From Macrostomum lignano (taxonomy: Eukaryota): a stretch of DNA of 64,000 nucleotides. The position numbers and the translations under genes are program-made. Numbering within the stretch: the stretch's first letter is position 1; each line of letters opens with the position of its first letter. Location: NCBI GenBank assembly GCA_002269645.1, contig NIVC01001610.1, forward strand, positions 124,001-188,000, read 5' to 3'. Of the stretch, positions 24,526-35,500 are shown piece by piece. Under the pieces are notes generated by a model. That model made no database searches. It saw only the letters and a program-made list of their open reading frames with translations, and was not told the origin of the DNA.

Positions 24526-25189
24526 ATCAGCATCTTAGGCAAGCAGAAGCAACTGTAGGCACAAAGAAAGCACACTGAATTTTCTCACAGTGAACTGTTG
24601 CAGAAATCAAGATTAGAAAATGCTAAGGGTAAGCGTTGCAATAGTTACAAAGTAAGCCTGGCATTGCTAAACTTGTCTTATATTATGTCATGCAAGCCTG
24701 CGTCATGTCAACAGAGGTTATCAAACTTACTTGGTTACTCATACACAATTTATGTATGCATAGAGCTGTTAATGCTAAGTTTGACTGTTTATTCAATTAT
24801 AGACAAGTAATTGGATCTGGTTTGTATAGAATAGCTGGTGTGGAAATGGTACGGCAGTTCCAGAATGCAAGCACATGTGTACAGAATAAGGCTATGGCTG
24901 CGTTGACGCAACTGGCCTTGAAATGCAATCTTAATGCTCCACCAATAAACAGGTTGTCGCACTGATAGGGTGTGACAAATTTCCATTTGGAAACTGGTGA
25001 ATGATATCCAAGTATGTAGAGTGAGATGTTCTGGATCAATGGGTTTCTTCCTTGATAAGCAGTGCCAATATATACGAAGGCTTTGTGAAATTATATGAGG
25101 AAATAAAAAAGATGTATAAGCTATGAAAAATGTGAGATGGATTCTTAATTAAGTATAGGAGTAGAAAATGTATTAGAAATAGAGTTCTG

Positions 25190-26110
25190 AGGGGATTAGA
25201 GATGGGGTGAAAGGGGATTAGAGATTGGGTGAGAGAGTATTAGAGATGGGGTGGGAGGGGATTAGAGATGGGGTGAGAGAGTATTGGAGATGGGGTGAGA
25301 GGGAAATTAGAGATAGGGGTGAGAGAGTATTGGAGATGGGGTGAGAGGGAAATTAGAGATAGGGGTGAGAGAGTATTAGAGATGGGGTGAGAGGGAAATT
25401 AGAGATAGGGGTGAGAGAGTATTAGAGATGGGGTGAGAGGGAAATTAGAGATAGGGGTGAGAGAGTATTAGAGATGGGGTGAGAGGGAAATTAGAGATAG
25501 GGGTGAGAGGGTATTAGAGATGGGGTGAGAGGGGAGTTAGAGATGGGGGTGAGAGGGGATTAGAGATGGGGGTGAGAGGGGAATTAGAGATAGGGGTGAG
25601 AGAGTATTAGAGATGGGGTGAGAGGGAAATTAGAGATAGGGGTGAGAGAGTATTAGAGATGGGGTGAGAGGGAAATTAGAGATAGGGGTGAGAGAGTATT
25701 AGAGATGGGGTGAGAGGGTATTAGAGATGGGGTGAGAGGGGAGTTAGAGATGGGGGTGAGAGGGGATTAGAGATGGGGGTGAGAGGGGAATTAGAGATGG
25801 GGTGAGAGGGGAATTAGAGATGGGGAGAGAGGGGAATTAACGATAGAGGTGAGAGGGGATTAGAGATGGGGTGAGAGGGGAATTAGAGATGGGGGTGAGA
25901 GGGGATTAGAGATGGGGGTGAGAGGGGAATTAGAGATGGGGTGAGAGGGGAATTAGAGATGGGGAGAGAGGGGAATTAACGATAGAGGTGAGAGGGGATT
26001 AGAGATGGGGTGAGAGGGGAATTAGAGATGGGGGTGAAATGGGGATTATAGATGGGGTGAAATGGGGATTACAGATGGGGTGAGAGGGGAATTAGAGATG
26101 AGGGTGAGAA
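25190..26110. repeat. ~20-bp purine-rich minisatellite (gagatggggtgagagggaatta)
   Basis: Direct observation. Confidence 0.95.
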
Positions 26111-27080
26111 GGATATTAATGATAAGGTGAAAAGGGTATCTAACATAAAGGTCAGATGCATACAAGGAATGTCTATACCAGCACAGACTATATGGAACAG
26201 TCCGTGGATTTAACCAAAGATACGAGTATACGCTCGTACATGTAGTAACTAATCCTAACTAGTCCCTCTAGGAAATTTAGAGATATTTCAGCACCATATT
26301 ATAATACATCAGAGAAGCCCCAGGTGCATAACGGGACTCGGGAGAGATTATCTTAGATTAGAGCCATGTAAACAGCCCGACTCAAAAGAGATCAAAGTAG
26401 CTACAGAAACGAGGCAAAAGTCGCGCGTCCTCCAGAGTCCTGGACGAATATTTTATCCATGTTGTTAACTCAATCGAGCATGCAATGGTGGGTTCAGCAC
26501 GCCTGTGTAGCATGAGACAGACCAGGCCTACGAGCTAAGGTCTGCGATCCTACACACGTGCACCCCCTCTATTCTGGTGCAGGAATGGCAGGAGAACTCT
26601 CTCCAAGCTGACTCGCAAGCCGACCCAGGGGTTCACGCCCTGCATGTGTTCAAGGCAGCTCTAGGGCTGCTGGACTGACTAGGCTCCGGCGGCGGCAACC
26701 CATCCGTGGCCTTTTGGCCAAGTTGGGTACGGGCTCCGCCCGGAAGTGAACCTGTGCGTATCAGGTACCTCTGGCCACGGCTCTGAGGAACAGGTACCAC
26801 CCTCTGACCTTAACAGGGTATGCGGCCAGTCCGCAGGCTCCGGAGGCAGTCCTCCTGCTTCCCTCAAGGGCCCAGTGTAGTACCATGCTGATGGTCCTTT
26901 GGTTCGGCTTCTGGTTTCTCCAAGCCAGGCTCTTAGCCGGGGAGTTTCTCGGTTGCTAGCGGTCGGGCCGGTACGGGCTTAAGCCACCCCCCGGTCGCTA
27001 CCTCTTGGCCTGGCTGTTGGGTTTGGGGTTACGACCCAGCAGCTTCTCACCTCTGGTCCCCATTCGCCTTTCAGCGACTC

Positions 27081-28141
27081 ATGGAGTATTCATTTACCTC
27101 CGACACGTCCGAGGCTGCTGGAGCACCAACCGAGGTTGGTACCGCGGCCCAGCCGGACATTCGCAACACCGGAACCCCCGGTGCCTCTCAGTCAGCCCCT
27201 GCCGCCGCTCAGGACAATGCCGGAGTGGCTGGACAACAGGACAGCAGACCTCAGACCTCTAAAAAGAAGGCCCGTAGCATTGCTCGCTACAAAGCTTTTC
27301 TTCAGCGCAAAGCGGAGGAACGGAGGAACGCGAAAGCCGCCCCTCCGGACACCTCCGAGGAGGATGCCGGTAACTCTGCGAATCCCGCGGAGGAGCCGAC
27401 ATCCGACAAGGGGGCGGACCCCGCGCGCCGGTCAGAAGCGTCAGGTGCCGCCGAAGCTCCTGGTGCGGCTGGCCCCTCCCGTGACGGGCCCTCTTCCCGT
27501 GTGGAAGCTCCCACGGCCGCGGAGGGATCCAAAGCGGGGGGTGCTGGCCAAACCACCAAGCCAAAGCGCACCTACGCGGCTATGGCCAAGAGGCAGCCGG
27601 CCCTGGTTATCCAAGGCCAGAAGAGGCCTCTTACGGCCGAACAGCTCGACCTTATCTGGCGCAGGTTGGACTCCCACCTGGTCAAGATGGCCTTGAGCTG
27701 TACCGCTATTCAAGTCCAAAAGACGAAAGTCGAGGACCAAGCCCTCCATATCCAGCCCGCCGACAGCCAGTCTGGACAGCAGCTCCTCGAGATGCTGAAA
27801 ACCTTCGACTGGGGTACGGAGCGTTTATATACAGGGAGAACGAGCGACCCCGGACACACCGGCACCGTGCCTGGATTCCGGCTCGCAGTTCCATCACCAA
27901 GGCTGACGAGCTGCGTCGCCTGCAAGTGGCTACCAACCCGGAGCTGCCGGCTAATGGCGTCGTAGTTCACGAGACCATCTCCAAGCCGGGCGGAGATGGT
28001 TTCACGGCTATTCTTGGACTGTCGGATAGCTGGATGCTCCGCTATCAGGACATGTCCCTCATCTCTGTCGGGCTGATGCAGATTCAGCTCTTTAGCTTTG
28101 AGTCTGACGCTACCCGCCCACCGCCCCCCGGAGAAACGTAA
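27081..28141 (+). pseudogene. LINE ORF1 (R1/LOA-type), frameshifted
   Basis: Low-complexity N-terminus, then LVIQGQKRPLTAEQLDLIW... and RAWIPA...VVVHETISK in a second frame. Confidence 0.6.
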
Positions 28142-28477
28142 GCGGGCGACGTGGACCCTGTCAGAGGGAACCCGCGAAAGCTGCAGCAACAGACGGACGT
28201 GGAAAGGGCCGGAAACCCGCCCGGAACACTATCCGCTCTGGTCTGACTGGTCTGGCAGCAACTACTAGTTGTCACTACTGCTGCCCCCCCCCCCGGAAAA
28301 CCGGGTCGAGAGCGAGAATGCCGCCCAGGTGGCGGCCCCGCCCTTGACCATGGAGACCACCCGGGAGGAACCCATGGAACTGGAGCCTGGAGCTATCGGT
28401 GAGGCAGAAGAGGCCGCTCTCCTGTACAACTCGCCTTGAGCCGGCAGGAAGCTGCGCGGACCACTCGTGGAATCCCG

Positions 28478-28769
28478 GGAGTGGAAATCCTGCAGCTAAA
28501 CCTACACCACTGCATCGCGGCCTCGGCCAACCTGATGCGGGTGGCAAACTTTGCGAAACCGGGCATTATCCTACTCCAGGAGCCCTGGACAAAGAAAGGC
28601 CCGAGGATCTCTGCCAGCTCGTCCGCTACCTAAGGGCTACCGGGCGAGCGACAATCCACCTCCTGGACTCTCCGGAGGGGGACCGCGCTGCGGACACCGG
28701 CGCCACCGGAACTTCCTGCGCGACACCGCAGCACTAGCTGCCCGTGGTCGCCAGGAGTTAGTGAAATAG
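28478..28769 (+). pseudogene. ORF2 remnant: APE N-terminus joined to a short C-terminal stub
   Basis: QLNLHHC and LLQEPW motifs; the reading frame breaks and the element ends about 200 bp later. Confidence 0.7.
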
Positions 28770-29591
28770 GGGGCAACGCCTCCTCGCTGTTTCCGGACGC
28801 ACGGAACCCCCTGCAGCTAAGTCAAGTCAAGTAACTCAATCGAGTTTAATACCTGGAGCAGCAGCAGCTGCTAAGGCTGAACAGATGAGCACGTTTTGAA
28901 CAATCGTTCCGAGTCCGCCGACTGACAGCCTGTGCAGATCGTGCCATGCAAGTGCATGCTGTACTTAGTAGCCCCAGGTTGATAGATTGATAGAGGGATG
29001 AAGGGCTGTCAGTTCCCGATACGAGGGGCAAATATAGGAGCCTAGGAGGGCGATAGGAAGGCCCATTGGTGTGTGGGGGGGGGGACAAGGGCAAAGTGCG
29101 GGGGCTTGGATCCCCAGGCTTTGTTAAAGGAGCATGGAATCGGGAACACGCACAGTTTGGTGGGGAAGGGTGTTGCAGAGCTACCCCAGCAAGCCCTATT
29201 GGCTTGGACCAATGGAGAGTTGGACTGGCGCCCTCAACCCTCGCCGCGCTCTCTCTATCTCCCTTCCTCTGACATGCCGAATATAAAGGCTAAGGCACCA
29301 TAGCATAGCCAACTAGCAATTCACAGGACCAGCCCAGACACAGCCCGAGTTGTGCGCAGACAAGATATTACAGCTTCTTGTTGGTTACGCAACGAGAGGT
29401 AGGTTAGGGGCAGGCACAGCAAAAGCGAGAGAGGGGCTCTAGCACATTCCACTACGATTGTCCGAGCGTTCAGTTTTTCACTTCAACTTTTTCTCGCCTT
29501 CTTTTTAAGTTGCGCAACTTCATTCGGCCATCGCTAGTCTAGCACGAAGCAGTCTGGTCTGTCTGGTTTGTGTTGATTCCAATTGGCAGCT

Positions 29592-32500
29592 ATGAGCTCT
29601 GGTGAGTTTGACTGCTTTTTCTTACACATTGTTCTTTTAGTGCGATTGTAGACAGGAGGGGCACCCTGTGTTGGTTGGAAGAGTGCCTATTAGAATACGA
29701 GGTTATTCGAATAAGAAAGACGTCATTAGTATGAGATGCGCCATTCTAGTATGAGAGGCGCCATTCCTAGCATAAAATGCCCATTCCAGTATTAGAGGCG
29801 CCATTCTAGTATGAGATGCACCATTTTAGTATGAGATGCACCATTCTAGTATGAGATGCGCCATTCTAGTGTGAGATGCGCTATTCTAGTATGTGATGCG
29901 CCATTCTAGTATGAGATGCGCCATTCTAGTATTAGACGCGCCATTATAGTATGAGAGGCGCCATTCTAGTATGAGATGCGCCATTCTAGTATGAGATGCG
30001 CCATTCTAGTATGAGATGCGCCATTCTAGTATGAGATGCGCCATTCTAGTATTAGAGGCGCCATTCTAGTATGAGAGGCGCCATTCTAGTATTAGAGGTG
30101 CCATTATAGTATGAGAGGCGCCATTCTAGTATGAGATGCACCATTCTAGTATGAGATGCGCCATTCTAGTATGAGATGCACCATTCTAGTATGAGATGCG
30201 CCATTCTAGTATGAGATGCACCATTCTAGTATGAGATGCGCCATTCTAGTATGAGATGCACCCTTCTAGTATGAGATGCGCCATTCTAGTATGAGATGCG
30301 CCATTCTAGTATTAGAGGCGCCATTATAGTATGAGAGGCGCCATTCTAGTATGAGAGGCGCCATTCCTAGCATAAAATGCGCCATCCCAGTATTAGAGGC
30401 GCCAATTTAGTATGAGATACACCAGTCTTGTATCAGAGGCGCCATCCTAGTATGAGATGCGCTATTCTAGTAGGAGAGGCGCTATTCCTAGCGTAAGATG
30501 CGTCATTTTAGTATTAGAGACGCCAATCTAGTATGAGATACACCACCCTAGTATCAGAGGCACCATTTTAGAATGAGATGGGCCATTATGTAGTTTAGGA
30601 TGCGCCATTCTAGTATGAGATGCACCTTTCTAGTATGAGAGGCGCTATTCTAGTATGCGAGGCGTCATTCTACTGTAATAGAATTGTAATAGAGGCTAGT
30701 ATGAGATGCACCTTTCTAGTATGAGAGGCGCTATTCTAGTATGCGAGGCGTCATTCTACTGTAATAGAATTGTAATAGAGGCTAGTATGAGATTCACTGG
30801 AATAGGGACAAGTTTGCTGGAGTTGGAGTCATGGTAGTGGAATTGGAGTCAGGGTGCTGGAGTTGAAGTCAGGGTGCTGAAGTTGGAGTCAGGGTGCTGG
30901 AGTTGGAGTCAGGGTGCTGGAATTGGAGTCAGGGTGATGGAATTGGAGTCAGGGTGATGGAGTTGGAGTCAGGGTGATGGAGTTGGAGTCAGGGTGATGG
31001 AGTTGGAGTCAGGGTGCTGGAGTTGGAGTCAGGGTAGTGGAATTGGAGTCAGGGTGATGGAGTTGGAGTCAGGGTGCTGGAGTTGGAGTCAGAGTGATAG
31101 AGTTGGAGTCAGGGTGATGGAATTGGAGGCAGGGTGCTGGAACTGGAGTCAGGGTGATAGAGTTGGAGTCAGGGTGATGGAGTTGGAGTCAGGGTGATAG
31201 AGTTGGAGTCAGGGTGATGGAATTGGAGGCAGGGTGCTGGAACTGGAGTCAGGGTGATAGAGTTGGAGTCAGGGTGATGGAGTTGGAGTCAGGGTGATAG
31301 AGTTGGAGTCAGGGTGATGGAATTGGAGGCAGGGTGCTGGAACTGGAGTCAGGGTGATAGAGTTGGAGTCAGGGTGATGGAATTGGAGGCAGGGTGCTGG
31401 AACTGGAGTCAGGGTGATAGAGTTGGAGTCAGGGTGATGGAACTGGAGTCAGGGTGCTGGAGTTGGAGTCAGGGTGATGGAATTGGAGGCAGGGTGCTGG
31501 AACTGGAGTCAGGGTGCTGGAGTTGGAGTCAGAGTGATAGAGTTGGAGTCAGGGTGCTGGAGTTGGAGTCAGAGTGATAGAGTTGGAGTCAGGGTGCTGG
31601 AGTTGGAGTCAGAGTGATAGAGTTGGAGTCAGGGTGATGGAATTGGAGGCAGGGTGCTGGAACTGGAGTCAGGGTGATAGAGTTGGAGTCAGGGTGATGG
31701 AGTTGGAGTCAGGGTGATAGAGTTGGAGTCAGGGTGATGGAATTGGAGTCAGGGTGATGGAGTTGGAGGCAGGGTGCTGGAACTGGAGGCAGGGTGGGAC
31801 TTTAATTAGGGCTAAAATTTGTCAGTGGAACATAACCTCACAATCATATGCCATCATCAAACACGAATCTCTCTTACACCCAGAAAACCAGTCGCATTAA
31901 AGTGCATTGGGAACTCTAGTAGGGCTTTGCGAAAGTGCAACCCCACTGGGCAGAGCCGCCCTCCAGCCGTACATGCACTTGCCTGCTCGCCTGCATGCAC
32001 CGTTGGAGGAGAGGCCAGCATCAAGGGGCGCGTGAAGGGGGGGGTAGCGCAGACGGGGGCAGGCGGACTAGAAGTTCGGCTTGATTGATTTCGAGTGTAA
32101 AAGTGCAAACTGCGGCTTTTCGTTGGGAAAAAAATCCCCGGGGCTGGCAGGGAAGGACGCTGAGGAGGAGGAGGAGGGGTTGAAGCCGAAAACCTGGAGT
32201 GCTGGGATAGAGAAGGAGATGGGAAAAAGTTCCCTATAACTCTCTCTCTCTCTCTCTCTCCAGGTTCGTACCCCCATGCCGCTCACTTTCTCAATGCGCC
32301 CGCCGGGTCTTGCTTCTTGTCTTCTTCTTTCAATCTGGAGAGGCCCGAGATGCAAACTAGAGACAGGGAGAGGGAAGGGACGCTGTGTGGTTTAGGCTCA
32401 CTGGCGAGTGCGTCATCTCTTGGAGCAGACAAAGTGCACTAAGGAGAATATAAGGGGACATTATTTGGCTTTCTGTCACGCTCCCAGGTCTGACGGATAG

Positions 32501-35500
32501 GCCCTGAGGGGGGGTTGCTGAACTTCTGTGTCTTGTTGACGCAGTTCAACTGACGCAAGCAGTTTCCTGCGCAGCCGTAGCAAATTACAGGTTTCTGGGA
32601 GACATGCTGTCAATATAATTGAACACTGTTCTCACTGATGCGTTTGTTAATTGAAACTGCAGCTGTTTCAGCAGACCTGATGTCATTTGAAATAAAAATA
32701 TTACGTTTTAAGTCTCTAGAAATGACTTAAAAAGTGTAAACGGAGGTATTAAAATTGCGCCATTCTAGCATGAGATGCGCCATTCTAGTATGAGAGGCGT
32801 CATTCTAGTATGAGATGCGCCATTCTAGTGTGAGAGGCTTCATTCTAGTGTGAGATGCGCCATTCTAGTGTGAGAGGCTTCATTGTAGTATGAGATGCGC
32901 CATTCTAGTGTGAGAGGCTTCATTGTAGTATGAGATGCGCCATTCTAGTGTGAGAGGCTTCATTGTAGTATGAGATGCGCCATTCTAGTGTGAGAGGCTT
33001 CATTCTAGTGTGAGATGCGCCATTCTAGTGTGAGAGGCTTCATTCTAGTGTGAGATGCGCCATTCTAGTGTGAGAGGCTTCATTCTAGTGTGAGATGCGC
33101 CATTCTAGTGTGAGAGGCTTCATTCTAGTGTGAGATGCGCCATTCTAGTATGAGAGGCGTCATTCTAGTATGAGAGGCGTCATTCTAGTATGAGAGGCGT
33201 CATTCTAGTGTGAGAGGCGTCATTCTAGTATGAGAGGCGTCATTCTAATATGAGATACGTCATTGTAGTGTGAGATGCGCCATTCTAGTGTGAGAGGCGT
33301 CATTCTAGTATGAGATGCGCCATTCTAGTATGAGATGCGCCATTCTAGTGTGAGAGGCGTCATTCTAGTATGAGATGCGCCATTCTAGTATGAGAGGCTT
33401 CATTCTAGTGTGAGATGCGCCATTCTAGTATGAGAGGCGTCATTCTAGTATAAGAGGCGCCCTTCTGGTATGAGATGCGCCATTTTAGTGTGAGAGGCGT
33501 CATTCTAGTATGAGATGCGTCATTGTAGTGTGAGATGCGCCATTCTAGTGTGAGAGGCTTCATTGTAGTATGAGATGCGCCATTCTAGTGTGAGAGGCTT
33601 CATTCTAGTGTGAGATGCGCCATTCTAGTGTGAGAGGCTTCATTCTAGTGTGAGATGCGCCATTCTAGTATGAGAGGCGTCATTCTAGTATGAGAGGCGT
33701 CATTCTAGTATGAGAGGCGTCATTCTAGTACGAAAGGCGTCATTCTAGTATGAGATGCGTCATTCTAGTACGAAAGGCGTCATTCTAGTATGAGAGGCGT
33801 CATTCTAGTATGAGATGCGCCATTCTAGTATTAGATGCGCCATTCTAGTATTAGATGCGCCATTCTAGTATGAGAGGCGTCATTCTAATATGAGATACGT
33901 CATTGTAGTGTGAGATGCGCCATTCTAGTGTGAGAGGCGTCATTCTAGTATGAGATGCGCCATTCTAGTATGAGATGCGCCATTCTAGTGTGAGAGGCGT
34001 CATTCTAAGATGAGATACGTCATTGTAGTGTGAGATGCGCCATTCTAGTGTGAGAGGCGTCATTCTAGTATGAGATGCGCCATTCTAGTATGAGATGCGC
34101 CATTCTAGTGTGAGAGGCGTCATTGTAGTATGAGATGCGTCATTGTAGTGTGAGATGCGCCATTCTAGTGTGAGAGGCTTCATTGTAGTATGAGATGCGC
34201 CATTCTAGTGTGAGAGGCTTCATTGTAATGTGAGATGCGCCATTCTAGTATGAGATGCGCCATTCTAGTATGAGATGCGCCATTCTAGTATGAGATGCGC
34301 CATTCTAGCATGAGATGCGTCATTCTAGCATGAGATGCGCCATTCTAGTATGAGATGCACCATTCCAGTATGAGATGCGCCATTCTAGTATGAGAGGCGC
34401 CATTCTGTCACTAGAGACTGCCACGCACTGCAGCTTTTACTATAGACAACTAGGGAATCTTCCGTGGTCAATTGGTGCAAGCAAAGTTGCACCCCCAAAT
34501 TTAAGGCAGATGAGCATACTTCTATTGGAAACCATTCATTATTGATCTGCTGTCTATGGCCTGAACCAAAATGACGAGCTTCAAAAGTACGAGTAACGAG
34601 AATGTTGTCAGAATTTTTTAATGGATAAACTTATCAATTTGAAATATTTACTCAGAAATTTTGAAAAATACGATCAGCTTTAGTTTCAACTTTATAAGCC
34701 TAATATGAATCAGTGATACGTCAGCCCAGACCTGAGCATTCCTTGAGCATTCACGTATCTCAATGCTCTCTACCGTTCATGGCTTGATCCTTGCCAGATT
34801 TGCAAAGTACATGGCATTCAATCAATGGTATGTAGACCATAGTCAAAGGTTCACCATATCCGGGCAGTGTCGCTTTCTTGGCTCTGAGTCTTTGACAAAA
34901 CTCAGTGGCCATATAATTGCAGCAGGTTTGAGGCTTGCTGGTCTCTCAGTGGGATTGCTGTCTATGGCGTGCTGTCTATGGCGTGCTGTCTATGGCGTGC
35001 TGTCTATGGCGTGCTGTCTATGGCGTGCTGTCTATGGCGTGCTGTCTATGGCGTAACCTGTCTATATTCTTATAGGAATAGGAAATTCAGATGACAGAAG
35101 CAAGTAATCGGTCCTTTGTTTAGTTTCTAGAGGTTAAAAATGAGTACTGAAGATAATTTTATCTTCTGACGAGAAGAACCCTTTTCAGTAAAGAGTCAAA
35201 CATATAGATGAGGGGTTGGAAAACTTTGGCCCGCGAAGCCTCTCTATTCGGCCCTCGGGTCTGTGAAGCCCGGTCAAGGTCTCTTCTCAGCTCTCTTATC
35301 GTATCTTCTCTCGATCCTCTCAATGCTCATTTCTCTCCTCTCTCCTCTAATCTTCTCCCTCATCTCTTCTCTCATACCTTATCTTATCGCATCTCTCCTC
35401 TCATCTCTCTCAATCTCTTGAAATCCCTTGCACCGCTTATTAGTACAATTTGGTTTCGATCGGCCTCAAAGGCGAGGTGAGAATAACAGACAATGGGATA

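Larger units (their letters stand above)
26479..28831 (+). mobile_element. Internally deleted non-LTR retrotransposon, R1/LOA-like
   Basis: 13-bp TSD TAACTCAATCGAG at 26466-26478 and 28832-28844. ~600-bp 5' UTR; ORF1 27081-~28141 with a frameshift near 27830; APE endonuclease start EILQLNLHHCIAAS...ILLQEPW; no RT; (TCAAG)n-type tail. Confidence 0.85.

Noticed and set aside
22693-24575. 500-600 aa ORFs on both strands
   Set aside because: Translations of a 21-bp minisatellite, open in several frames, with no splice or domain support
28770-28825. HDV-like ribozyme at the LINE 3' end (GCCTCCTCGCTG resembles HDV P3/L3)
   Set aside because: The P3 partner, P1 and P1.1 pairings could not be completed; a simple 3' UTR hairpin explains it
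35209-35265. hAT/Charlie-like terminal sequence (ggggttggaaaactttggcccgcg)
   Set aside because: No matching opposite terminus or 8-bp TSD identified
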